From assembly GCA_963705375.1 (NCBI GenBank), contig OY970071.1, forward strand, positions 60,001 through 92,000: a stretch of 32,000 bases of DNA, in the 5' to 3' direction. Under the pieces are notes generated by a model. That model was not told the DNA's origin and did not search any database. It worked only from the letters and a program-made list of their open reading frames with translations. This DNA is from Candidatus Saccharimonadota bacterium (GTDB lineage Archaea; Micrarchaeota; Micrarchaeia; Micrarchaeales; Micrarchaeaceae). Within the stretch, counting starts at the first letter, position 1. Each line of letters starts with the position of its first letter. Made by a program: the position numbers and the translations under genes. Below are positions 16,455 through 24,162 of the stretch, piece by piece.

Positions 16455-16991
16455 ATGGGAACGAACGACGAGGATATCAAGGGTATCCAGGACTTTGGAA
16501 GACGTGGAAACCGGAATGCTGCCAGAATCGGCGGTCAAAATGGGCCCGTCACTGTTGTGTCTGACGAAGACTTCAGTGTGCCAGTATTCGTAGCCAGATC
16601 CCTTTTTGGGCTGCTGGGTCGCTGGTATTACCCTTTTCACGAGTGTCTTGCCGGTGCCTCTAGTATCGGAGCCGTGATTGCAATCTTGGCTATCGACAAC
16701 TTTGGCCACGGACTCAACAACACTGCATTTAATATCAACCTAGTGCACTATGTCGCTCCTTTCATGTGCTGCTTGGTTATGTTCGTGTTTTCCTTGTCCA
16801 TGATAAGCGTGTCTTCCGACTCTACATGTCCTCAATGCAGAGAACCATTCCGCATGTTCGAAACGCACAGGGAGCTTCTCAACAAATCAGCCGTTGAAAA
16901 TCAAACAGTGTATGTTTTCACTGTGCACGAGAAGTGCAACAATTGCGGCCACAAACGGCATCATCCGCATGAGGAAGTGGTGGACATTTAA
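16455..16991 (+). CDS. Hypothetical membrane protein with C-terminal zinc ribbon
   Basis: Two hydrophobic segments (IGAVIAILAI; YVAPFMCCLVMFVFSLSMISV), then CPQC...(x43)...CNNC. It competes with antisense ORF 16416..16709. Start is ATG 16455 or GTG 16446. Confidence 0.5.
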   Translation: MGTNDEDIKGIQDFGRRGNRNAARIGGQNGPVTVVSDEDFSVPVFVARSLFGLLGRWYYPFHECLAGASSIGAVIAILAIDNFGHGLNNTAFNINLVHYVAPFMCCLVMFVFSLSMISVSSDSTCPQCREPFRMFETHRELLNKSAVENQTVYVFTVHEKCNNCGHKRHHPHEEVVDI

Positions 16992-17089
16992 GTCCTAATA
17001 TCCAGCTGCATTCTCTTGTCTGGCTAGTTGCTGTCTGTTCTTGCAGTCTCCGAAGTTAAACTGCATGTCAGGCACATTGGCCGTCGAAA

Positions 17090-17581
17090 TCACTTTTCAT
17101 TCGTTTTATTCTGATAGTCTTCTTCGGTAATGACCTTTATTCCGTTTTTCTTCAGCAGAGCGGTGGTGACGCCGTCTCCGTTAATCTGCATGCCAGAGAA
17201 AGTGCCGTCATATATCCTGCCGCAGCCGCACGAGGGACTTCTGGCCTTCAAGATCGCCTCTTTGGCACCAATTGCCTTTGCTATTTCAAGAGTTGCGAAT
17301 GCGCCGGCAACCATGCTTTTTGTGACATCACAACCGTCAGCGTTGATAACTTTTGCCTTGCCAGCCAGCACGTCGGAGCCGGCACCACCTCTTATCTCTG
17401 CGGAAGGCCGCGGTATGCCCGTTCCTCCAATGACCTCCGGACATACGGGATAGATGATGCCTTTCTTGAACTCTTCAAGAAGCTTAGGATTTGGCTTGCT
17501 CTTGCCTTGATAGTTGCAATTTATCCCAAGCAAGCAGGCACTGACCAACTTCATATTATCACTAGCGGATTGTGTGTTCAA
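17090..17581 (-). CDS. DUF523-family protein (TudS-like 2-thiouracil desulfurase family)
   Basis: VSACLLGINCNYQGKSK, VCPEVIGGTGIPRPSAEI, LKARSPSCGCG..YDGTF: the conserved Cys pattern of DUF523. Confidence 0.88.
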   Translation of the reverse strand: MNTQSASDNMKLVSACLLGINCNYQGKSKPNPKLLEEFKKGIIYPVCPEVIGGTGIPRPSAEIRGGAGSDVLAGKAKVINADGCDVTKSMVAGAFATLEIAKAIGAKEAILKARSPSCGCGRIYDGTFSGMQINGDGVTTALLKKNGIKVITEEDYQNKTNEK

Positions 17582-17690
17582 GATATATATTACTTATCGA
17601 GACGCTCTCGACTATAGACGATACAAAGCTTTAAAAACCCTATGCAAAGGTATATATATTTGGATACAGGCATGGTTTTCGTGTGATGGC

Positions 17691-18254
17691 ATGAAGAATT
17701 TCCAACAAATAACAATGCAAGTTTCAAATGATGTAAAGCGAGAGATGCGTGGTGGGCAAGAGCATGCCGATTATGCCATTCTATTCGCAGGAGAGGCCCA
17801 CGTAAAGATCATCAAGTCTTCAGATTCTGCCGTATGTGAACGCGGCGTGTATGCGCCAGTAGTCGTATGGAAAAAGGGCGACGGGAAATTCGGCGATAGA
17901 TTTGGAGCCGCCCTTGTAGACGATGAAGGACGGGTGGTTTGTTCTCCGGGCGACTCGCTTTCGCCAAATCTCATAGGTGCATGGAAGGCCATGAAGCTCC
18001 TAGAAGCAACATATGTGGTTGATGCTAACATTCTGGCGGACTGCCGTTCTGTTGGGCAAATCGGAGTGCCTGAAGCAGAAATCAAAGAAAGGGCCGCTGC
18101 GATCGACGAAGCAATAGGAAAGAAGACTAGAAAAGACATAATGAAAAGTGCTCCTTCACGTGCAGAAGTGGATGTGGCATTGGGTTGGACTGCGAAGAAA
18201 GGAATCCAAATAAATAAGACCGAATGTGCTCTCTGCGACCTATTGCGCGTCTGA
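17691..18254 (+). CDS. Hypothetical 187-aa protein
   Basis: 3' part of track ORF 17514..18254. ATG 17691 follows an AAGGTATATATATTTGG box ~35 nt upstream. The upstream part of the ORF overlaps the DUF523 start and promoter. No assignable domain. Confidence 0.55.
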   Translation: MKNFQQITMQVSNDVKREMRGGQEHADYAILFAGEAHVKIIKSSDSAVCERGVYAPVVVWKKGDGKFGDRFGAALVDDEGRVVCSPGDSLSPNLIGAWKAMKLLEATYVVDANILADCRSVGQIGVPEAEIKERAAAIDEAIGKKTRKDIMKSAPSRAEVDVALGWTAKKGIQINKTECALCDLLRV

Positions 18255-18338
18255 TAAAGACGTGTTGGTCGAGCAACGAGCATCTCGCTGCAACTGGCAG
18301 TCATATCTGCTTTAAAGTGTTCTGTCCTAATCTTTATC

Positions 18339-18851
18339 ATGCTTAACGTAATCACGAAACGGCGGAGCATAAGAAAGTTCAAAAACAAGAATGTGGAACA
18401 GGAAAAAATCGACGAAATCTTAAAAGCAGCCATGTTCTCTCCTTCTGGAATGCACATGAGGCCCTGGCAGTTTGTTGTCGTAAGAGACAGAGAAGCCCGG
18501 AAACGTTTGGCAAAATCGACACTGTTTAGCGCGTTTGCAGAGTACGCACCTGTGGTCCTAGTCATAGGGGCGAATGGCATGCCGTTGTGGGTTGAGGATT
18601 GTTCGATAGCGGCAGAAGCGATATACCTGGAGGCCACAAATCAAGGGTTGGGGACATGCTTCATACAGATACTGGGGAGTAAGACTTTACTGAAAGATAG
18701 CGAAGACTATGTCCGAAATGTGATAAAAGCGCCAAAATGGTTCCGTGTACTCTGCCTTATGCCTGTAGGATATCCTGCCGAAGAAAAAGAAGGGCATGAC
18801 GACAAAGAGTTTGATAAGAAAAAGATACACCTGGACAAATGGCGCCGGTAA
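18339..18851 (+). CDS. Nitroreductase-family flavoprotein
   Basis: ITKRRSIRKFKNKNVEQEKIDEILKAAMFSPSGMHMRPWQFVVV is the canonical nitroreductase N-terminus. Confidence 0.9.
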   Translation: MLNVITKRRSIRKFKNKNVEQEKIDEILKAAMFSPSGMHMRPWQFVVVRDREARKRLAKSTLFSAFAEYAPVVLVIGANGMPLWVEDCSIAAEAIYLEATNQGLGTCFIQILGSKTLLKDSEDYVRNVIKAPKWFRVLCLMPVGYPAEEKEGHDDKEFDKKKIHLDKWRR

Positions 18852-18879
18852 CGTGCGTCCTCATAGCATCCGGTGCCGA

Positions 18880-18891
18880 ATCGACTCTCTA
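18880..18891. repeat. Left copy of 12-bp target-site duplication ATCGACTCTCTA
   Basis: Identical 12-mer at 20146-20157, directly abutting the right inverted repeat. Confidence 0.8.
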
Positions 18892-18894
18892 GAC

Positions 18895-18909
18895 TCTGGG
18901 ACAAAAGTC
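18895..18909. repeat. Left terminal inverted repeat (TCTGGGACAAAAGTC)
   Basis: Perfect reverse complement of 20131-20145. Confidence 0.85.
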
Positions 18910-18911
18910 GA

Positions 18912-19073
18912 TTACTTTGATTTCCGCACCATGACGTAAACCATCTTGCCAATGTACTCTTTAGGACAATCGATTTTTGCTCCTGTTCCGAACCGAGTTA
19001 CAGGTTTCTCAAAAACAACTACAACATCGTCTCCGATTTTAAGTTTGTTCTTTATTACTTCAATTTTCCTCAT
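18912..19073 (-). CDS. Small transposon-associated protein (DUF2080-like), 53 aa
   Basis: My own translation: MRKIEVIKNKLKIGDDVVVVFEKPVTRFGTGAKIDCPKEYIGKMVYVMVRKSK. The pattern V..FG.....I..PKE.IGK.V.V resembles the archaeal putative transposon-encoded DUF2080 family. It lies inside the IS, divergent from the transposase. Confidence 0.65.
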   Translation of the reverse strand: MRKIEVIKNKLKIGDDVVVVFEKPVTRFGTGAKIDCPKEYIGKMVYVMVRKSK

Positions 19074-19136
19074 TTACCACACCGTATAATATATATTAAT
19101 ATATATTTAAATACTTTTCCTTTCAATAATAATATC

Positions 19137-20132
19137 ATGGCAAAAACCAAAAGGTTAACGAATAGACAGTTCCGAAGATTTTTCAAGGAGTTCAAGAAAC
19201 TGATTGAGATTTACGGCGAAAAAACGGCAGAAAAACACACTGACTGGAAAACATATGAAGAAGAATATGCAAATAGGATAAGATATGTCGCGAAAGAGTT
19301 GAACATTCTTACAAAATCAGCAATAGACTCTATTGAGATGAAGGTATCCAAATTCGGAAGACCTGCAAAATTGTCTCTCCAACAGAAGGTGGTTGCGCTT
19401 ATCCTAAAATCGATTTTCTGCAAAAACAACAGACCAATGGCCGGACTGATGTCCCTTTTTGGCGCATTTTGTGGCATTGACATTAGTTACAAAACTGTCG
19501 AAAGGATGTATTCTGATGAACTGGTGCGAATTGTTTTGCACAACATGTTTATTCTGACGATAAAACGAAAATGTGATAAGAAAATAGATGTGAGCGGAGA
19601 CGGAACGGGTTACACACTAACAGTAACGAAACATTACCGTACACAAGTCGATAAAGAAGGGTACAGGAAATTCGTGTATTCGTTCAATCTCATCGACATA
19701 AAGAATGGGTTGTACATATGTTATGGCTCGGGTATACGATCTGAAAAGGAAGCATTCGAAAATGCAATGAAGCTGCTCAGAAATGTAGAGGTGGCCACAG
19801 GGATAACAGTCAATAGTGCAAGGTTAGACAGGTACTATAGTTACCAATCAACTTTGAAGTATTTTGACGACAAAACTGTTTTGTACATAATCCCAAAGAG
19901 CAACACAACAATAAATGGCCCGTCTAGATGGAGGAAGATATTCAGACGGATGATGAAGGATCCTCTGTCCTACTTGATAGAGTACTACAAAAGGGAGAAG
20001 TCTGAGAATGGTTGGTCTGTAGATAAACGGATGGTTGGGTGGAAAATATGGCAGAAAAGAAATGACAGAATCGATACAGCAATAAGTTGTACTGCAACAC
20101 TTCACAACTTATTCAGAATCGGTTATGGATGA
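19137..20132 (+). CDS. DDE-type transposase
   Basis: 331 aa inside the IR-bounded element. Candidate DDE residues in DVSGDGTGY, SARLDRYYS and YYKREKSENGWSVDKR. The stop overlaps the right IR. Confidence 0.88.
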   Translation: MAKTKRLTNRQFRRFFKEFKKLIEIYGEKTAEKHTDWKTYEEEYANRIRYVAKELNILTKSAIDSIEMKVSKFGRPAKLSLQQKVVALILKSIFCKNNRPMAGLMSLFGAFCGIDISYKTVERMYSDELVRIVLHNMFILTIKRKCDKKIDVSGDGTGYTLTVTKHYRTQVDKEGYRKFVYSFNLIDIKNGLYICYGSGIRSEKEAFENAMKLLRNVEVATGITVNSARLDRYYSYQSTLKYFDDKTVLYIIPKSNTTINGPSRWRKIFRRMMKDPLSYLIEYYKREKSENGWSVDKRMVGWKIWQKRNDRIDTAISCTATLHNLFRIGYG

Positions 20133-20145
20133 CTTTTGTCCCAGA
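20131..20145. repeat. Right terminal inverted repeat (GACTTTTGTCCCAGA)
   Basis: Perfect reverse complement of 18895-18909. Confidence 0.85.
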
Positions 20146-20157
20146 ATCGACTCTCTA
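20146..20157. repeat. Right copy of 12-bp target-site duplication ATCGACTCTCTA
   Basis: Identical to 18880-18891. Confidence 0.8.
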
Positions 20158-20161
20158 ATAA

Positions 20162-20173
20162 CATATAAATATT
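20162..20173 (+). promoter_or_regulatory. TATA-like box (CATATAAATATT) of the lyase-like gene pair
   Basis: Located 5 nt after the IS target duplication, ~32 nt before TTG 20205 and ~47 nt before ATG 20220. Confidence 0.35.
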
Positions 20174-20219
20174 AGGAAGCGGCCAAGAGTGCACCGATGA
20201 TGCTTTGGCAACAAAGGAG

Positions 20220-21161
20220 ATGGAGCCGACAAAGTCAAAAACTAGGCCTTCTACTGCCGCTCCATTTGATGTGCCTGCTGTCGATGCCGAAGTGCTGAAT
20301 ATATTTAAGAAATACCAGGTCGTGTGCCATATGCGCGATTCTGATGATTTCTTCTTCCATGTTTATTCTCGGCCAGACCTTGAAAAAGAGCTAGAAGCGC
20401 TGCAAGTGAAAACGGACGTGGGTTATAAGCTGCACGTTAACGTTTCGGATGAGTGCATCCCTCAATTTCTTGACGAGGCAATAAAGTTGCTTAGCGAAAA
20501 AGGCGCAGACTTCAAAGTGATGCGGCCCAGCATGCGGGACCGCGCCTCGGAAGGGCAACAATGCAAATTACTTACGATTTTTACTAGAAGCAAGTTCCGG
20601 GCAGAAACGATAGCCTCAGATCTTGAACGCATACTCGAACCTCCGACTTGTAAATACGAATACCATAGTGGCACTATTCCATCAAATGAAATAAAGTATA
20701 ATGATTACATAACTTACAGGTACTGCAACTTCAAAGACAGCATTCTTCATAATCCTTGGAATCCTTATGAAAGAATAGACGGCTTGGAAAGCCGGTTGGG
20801 GGCAAAGTTCGCAGACTGGACCGAGCCGCTTGGCGAAACCCACATAGTTTCGCGTAGTGACGTCCTTAACGGGGCTGCAAAGTTAGGAGACATCGTGATG
20901 ATACTGAGAAGGCACGTACCTGTAAGGTTTTCAAATTGTACGTTCTTAAAAGCAGAGCTTCTGGACTATAATGCTCATCGTGACCTTCAGAACCAGATCG
21001 ATCAGAATCAAACTGCCAACATTAAAACCAAGCACCCACAAACTGTGAACTTGCTTGTCGTGGTCGATGGCCTGGATTATTTCTGGACAAACGTTCCAGT
21101 GGATTACCTAATGGCCCGTGTACCGAAAGGCATTACTTCAGACATCACTTTGGAAAACTGA
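20220..21161 (+). CDS. Stand-alone phospho-Ser/Thr-lyase-like protein (LanKC/LanL N-terminal lyase domain / HopA1-OspF-like), paralog 1
   Basis: ORF 20205..21161 (ATG 20220 or TTG 20205). Motifs in order: GYKLHVNVSDEC, DFKVMRPS, CKLLTIFT, ITYRYCNF. C-terminal module IVSRSDVLNGAAKLGDIVMIL...AELLDY...NVPVDYL. The coding call is strong; the family call rests on motif recall. Confidence 0.6.
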   Translation: MEPTKSKTRPSTAAPFDVPAVDAEVLNIFKKYQVVCHMRDSDDFFFHVYSRPDLEKELEALQVKTDVGYKLHVNVSDECIPQFLDEAIKLLSEKGADFKVMRPSMRDRASEGQQCKLLTIFTRSKFRAETIASDLERILEPPTCKYEYHSGTIPSNEIKYNDYITYRYCNFKDSILHNPWNPYERIDGLESRLGAKFADWTEPLGETHIVSRSDVLNGAAKLGDIVMILRRHVPVRFSNCTFLKAELLDYNAHRDLQNQIDQNQTANIKTKHPQTVNLLVVVDGLDYFWTNVPVDYLMARVPKGITSDITLEN

Positions 21162-21171
21162 GGCGGATTCC

Positions 21172-21996
21172 ATGCCCAATAATTACGCAAAGCCGCAAGA
21201 GTCTCTGCCCATTATCCAGCATAATTTCACCTTATGGACGGACGATAAGGTTCGCGAAGCATTCGGCGAAAAAGGCTGCAAAGAGGAAGGATCTTTTTTC
21301 ATTTCAAAAAACATGTTTTTTATTCCGGAAAGTAAGGGCGCGTTTAAAGGTTACAAAATTCATGTTAACGTTTCAGACGAGTGTGTTCTGAGCTTCCTTG
21401 AAGAATTTGTACCGAAGCTCGAAGACAAAGGTGTGGTTTTCAAAGTATGGAGGCCTAGCAAGCTTAACGACGCTGAAGCAGCAGGACAAGGTAAGCTATT
21501 GACGATCTATGCGCAAAGCAGATACGAAGCGCTGCAGATATGCGACATGCTTGAACCCTTGATTGTTAAATACCTAAACGACATCCTGCCACAACGAGAA
21601 AAAACATTAGAATCGCCAAAACATCCGAATCTAACGGGGTTTGTATCTTATCGGTATTGTACTTTCACTAAACAACCTCTCTGCGATTCTTGGCATGCCG
21701 GAATACGAATAACTGATGACGAAAGCAGGAACGGTAATAAAGCAGGATGGGCCAGAGGTCTTGACGAAATTCCTCGCATCGTTTCGCGTTTAGACGTTAT
21801 TGAAGGAAGGGCAAAAATAGGCGACATGGTGCTTCTGCAACGGCAAGGTCAGGATGTGCCTGCAGAACTTTTGGATTATGACCCTATTCGCAATACCGTT
21901 TGCGTGCTTGACATTCATGTTCTCGGCATGATCGTGCTGATGAATGCTGTGCCTGTGGATAAGTTGTCGGAGTCACTTCTGCGAAATGATCCGTGA
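21172..21996 (+). CDS. Stand-alone phospho-Ser/Thr-lyase-like protein, paralog 2
   Basis: ORF 21118..21996. ATG 21172 lies 10 nt after the paralog-1 stop and has GAGG 8 nt upstream. Motifs GYKIHVNVSDEC, VFKVWRPS, GKLLTIYA, VSYRYCTF, then IVSRLDVIEGRAKIGDMVLL...AELLDY...AVPVDKL. Confidence 0.6.
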   Translation: MPNNYAKPQESLPIIQHNFTLWTDDKVREAFGEKGCKEEGSFFISKNMFFIPESKGAFKGYKIHVNVSDECVLSFLEEFVPKLEDKGVVFKVWRPSKLNDAEAAGQGKLLTIYAQSRYEALQICDMLEPLIVKYLNDILPQREKTLESPKHPNLTGFVSYRYCTFTKQPLCDSWHAGIRITDDESRNGNKAGWARGLDEIPRIVSRLDVIEGRAKIGDMVLLQRQGQDVPAELLDYDPIRNTVCVLDIHVLGMIVLMNAVPVDKLSESLLRNDP

Positions 21997-22245
21997 CATG
22001 TCTCTTACCTTTCATCGAATGTTCGCTTCCTCTTATGTCCTTTGAAGAACCTCTTTCCAAATTTCAGGCACCTACATAACCGAAAGCCTTCGTCAAAACG
22101 CATCGCTTCGAATTCTCTTTTTTGCTCTATGCTTATAGAATTATACATAGATTTATACGTTATATTTATACATATATTATTAGAAAGTTGAGCATTAACA
22201 AGGCTCAGATTTCGGCCTTTGTACATTTATGTATGGTGAAAATAC

Positions 22246-23271
22246 ATGGAAAAGAACGCATATCTAGGCAAAAAATTGAAACACATAAGCATGACTACAA
22301 ACAGCATAACGGAGCTTATTGACACGTACTCGTCAATGGCATTCCAGTCTAGGAACCTCGCGAACGCAACAAAGATATTCGAGCGCATGCTCCAGGACAA
22401 GGATTGCTCAATAATCCTGTGCCTTGCTGGATCCATATTCAGCGCTGGCCTGAAAAAGCTCGTATACGAGATGATCGAGAACAACATGGTCGATGCCATA
22501 GTGTCCACTGGCGCAATAATGGTCGACCAGGACTTCTTTGAGGCTCTTGGCTTCTACCATTACATAGGGACTCCGATGTCCGATGACGAGGACTTGAGGC
22601 AGAAGCACATAGACAGAATCTATGATACCTACATAGACGAAGACGAGCTTAGGGTGTGCGATGAAACAGTCGGAATGATAGCAGACGGCCTCGATCCGCG
22701 TCCTTACTCTTCTAGAGAGTTTGTGATAGAGATGGGCAAATATCTCACAAAGAACTGCAAGAAGGACGACTCAGTGGTTCTGGCCGCATACAAGAAAGGT
22801 GTGCCAATATTCATACCCTCTTTCTCAGACTCTAGCGCGGGCTTCGGCCTGATACACCACCAGACACAAAATCCAAAGTCGCACGTCTCAATCGATTCGG
22901 CGAAAGACTTCCTTGAGCTTACCAAGGTGAAGCTGGCTGCAAAGGAGACTGGATTGTTGATGATAGGCGGCGGCGTTCCAAAGAACTTCACCCAAGATAT
23001 TGTTGTTGCAACGGACGTGCTCGGAAAGCCTGCGCCAATGCACAAGTATGCAATTCAGATAACTGTTGCAGATGAGCGTGATGGTGGGCTTTCGGGATCA
23101 ACCTTGAAAGAGGCCCATTCGTGGGGCAAGGTCGATACAAGCAACACCCAGATGGTGTATGCTGAGGCGACGCTCGCGATGCCGTTGATGATGTCGTATG
23201 TCTATCACAGCGGTGCCTGGAAGGGAAGGACTTCCAAGAACTACAACAAAGTGCTGAAAGATGCGGAATGA
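22246..23271 (+). CDS. dys: Deoxyhypusine synthase
   Basis: 341 aa. FQSRNLANATKIFERML, LAGSIFSAGL, DAIVSTGA, RIYDTYIDEDELRVCD, IGGGVPKNF, EAHSWGK (catalytic Lys region). Confidence 0.93.
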   Translation: MEKNAYLGKKLKHISMTTNSITELIDTYSSMAFQSRNLANATKIFERMLQDKDCSIILCLAGSIFSAGLKKLVYEMIENNMVDAIVSTGAIMVDQDFFEALGFYHYIGTPMSDDEDLRQKHIDRIYDTYIDEDELRVCDETVGMIADGLDPRPYSSREFVIEMGKYLTKNCKKDDSVVLAAYKKGVPIFIPSFSDSSAGFGLIHHQTQNPKSHVSIDSAKDFLELTKVKLAAKETGLLMIGGGVPKNFTQDIVVATDVLGKPAPMHKYAIQITVADERDGGLSGSTLKEAHSWGKVDTSNTQMVYAEATLAMPLMMSYVYHSGAWKGRTSKNYNKVLKDAE

Positions 23272-23319
23272 TTTCGCAGGCATCTAAGCGCAAAGCACGA
23301 GCAAGAGGGATCGGATAGC

Positions 23320-24162
23320 ATGAGCAAGACACGGATCGGCATCGTCCAGATGAAGATGGGTGCCGACAACAAAAAGAATCTTGCCCATGCCCTGAAGATG
23401 ATCAACGAGGCTGCACGGAAAGGTGCAGATATAGTCTGCCTTCCCGAGCTCTTCAGTTCGCGCTACTTTCCTCAGTACAGAGGATTGCCAAAGATTGCGG
23501 AACCAGTTCCTGGCCCTACCACCAATGCGTTGTCCGATGCTGCAAAGGGAGAACAACGTTGTTCATTGTTGGGGGCTCTGTGTATGAGAAATCGCAGGGC
23601 AAGTTCTACAACACCGCTGTGGTCTTCGATCAGAACGGCAGGATTTTAGGAAAATACAGGAAGGTCCACATACCATTCGATCCCCACTATTATGAGAAGG
23701 ACTATTTCTCTTCAGGTAGGGAGTACAAGACATTTGACACTAAGCTTGGTAAGGTTTCGGTGCTCATATGCTTCGACCAGTGGTATCCGGAGCCTGCAAG
23801 GATCTGCAAGCTCGATGGGTGCAGAGATGCTGTTCTACCCGACTGCAATAGGCACTGTAAGGGGCGTTGAGCAGGCGGAAGGCAAGTGGCAAGAAGCATG
23901 GGAGAACGTTCAGCGCGGCCATGCCATATCAAACAGCCATGATCATCTGCGCGGTCAACAGGAGTTGGTGTTGAAGGCGATCTGGATTTCTGGGGCGGTT
24001 CCTTTGTCATAGACCAGTTCGGGAAGACATTGTTCCGTGCCGGAAATAAGGAAGGCGTCTTCGTGGTGTTCTTGCGACCTCTCGCTGGGGCGCGACGTCG
24101 AATCAGGGTGGGGTTTCATCAGAAACAGAAGAGCTGGTACTTATGGCTACATCTCCCGCTAA
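23320..24162 (+). pseudogene. aguB: N-carbamoylputrescine amidase-like carbon-nitrogen hydrolase, interrupted by six 1-nt insertions
   Basis: Homology runs through frames 1,2,3,1,2,3,1. Segments: MSKTRIGIVQ...CLPELF...DAAK | ENNVV | IVGGSVYE...YRKVHIP...VLICFDQWYPEPAR..LD | GAEMLFYPTAIG...RGHAISN | AMIICAVNR | VGVEGDLDFWGGSFVIDQFGK...GVFVV | SCDLSLGRDVESGWGFIRNRR...*. Track ORFs 23320, 23559, 23692 and 24030 are fragments of this gene. Confidence 0.8.

Larger units (their letters stand above)
18892..20145 (+). mobile_element. Complete two-ORF DDE insertion sequence (~1.25 kb), possibly the archaeal ISA1214-like type
   Basis: 15-bp perfect terminal inverted repeats (TCTGGGACAAAAGTC at 18895-18909; reverse complement at 20131-20145), flanking 12-bp direct repeats, a divergent small DUF2080-like ORF and a DDE transposase. 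Group assignment is from memory of IS tables (two ORFs, 8-12 bp DR) and is tentative. Confidence 0.85.

Noticed and set aside
16416-16709. 97-aa minus-strand ORF competing with the zinc-ribbon membrane protein ORF
   Set aside because: The plus-strand ORF is longer, has two TM-like segments and a CxxC...CxxC ribbon, and leaves no large unexplained gap. The minus ORF has no features. The choice remains only moderately confident.
17771-18637. 288-aa minus-strand ORF
   Set aside because: It is antisense to both the 187-aa ORF and the nitroreductase gene, which has a clear family signature, and it bridges their intergenic spacer. It is an Ala/Ser/Arg-rich shadow ORF.
8023-21996. The idea that the HprK-like kinase (8023-9072) and the lyase-like pair (20220-21996) form a split LanL/LanKC-type lanthipeptide synthetase, with the small ORFs or the Gly-rich peptide as substrates
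   Set aside because: The genes are ~11 kb apart and separated by unrelated housekeeping genes, two IS elements and opposite-strand units. No cyclase is present. The HprK fold is not the kinase type fused in LanL/LanKC. I keep it only as a remote hypothesis, not a claim.
22005-22226. 73-aa minus-strand ORF between the lyase-like pair and dys
   Set aside because: It starts inside the A/T-rich dys promoter region, has a low-complexity A/T-driven composition (N/I/K/Y) and lacks its own promoter-like box. It is probably non-coding spacer.
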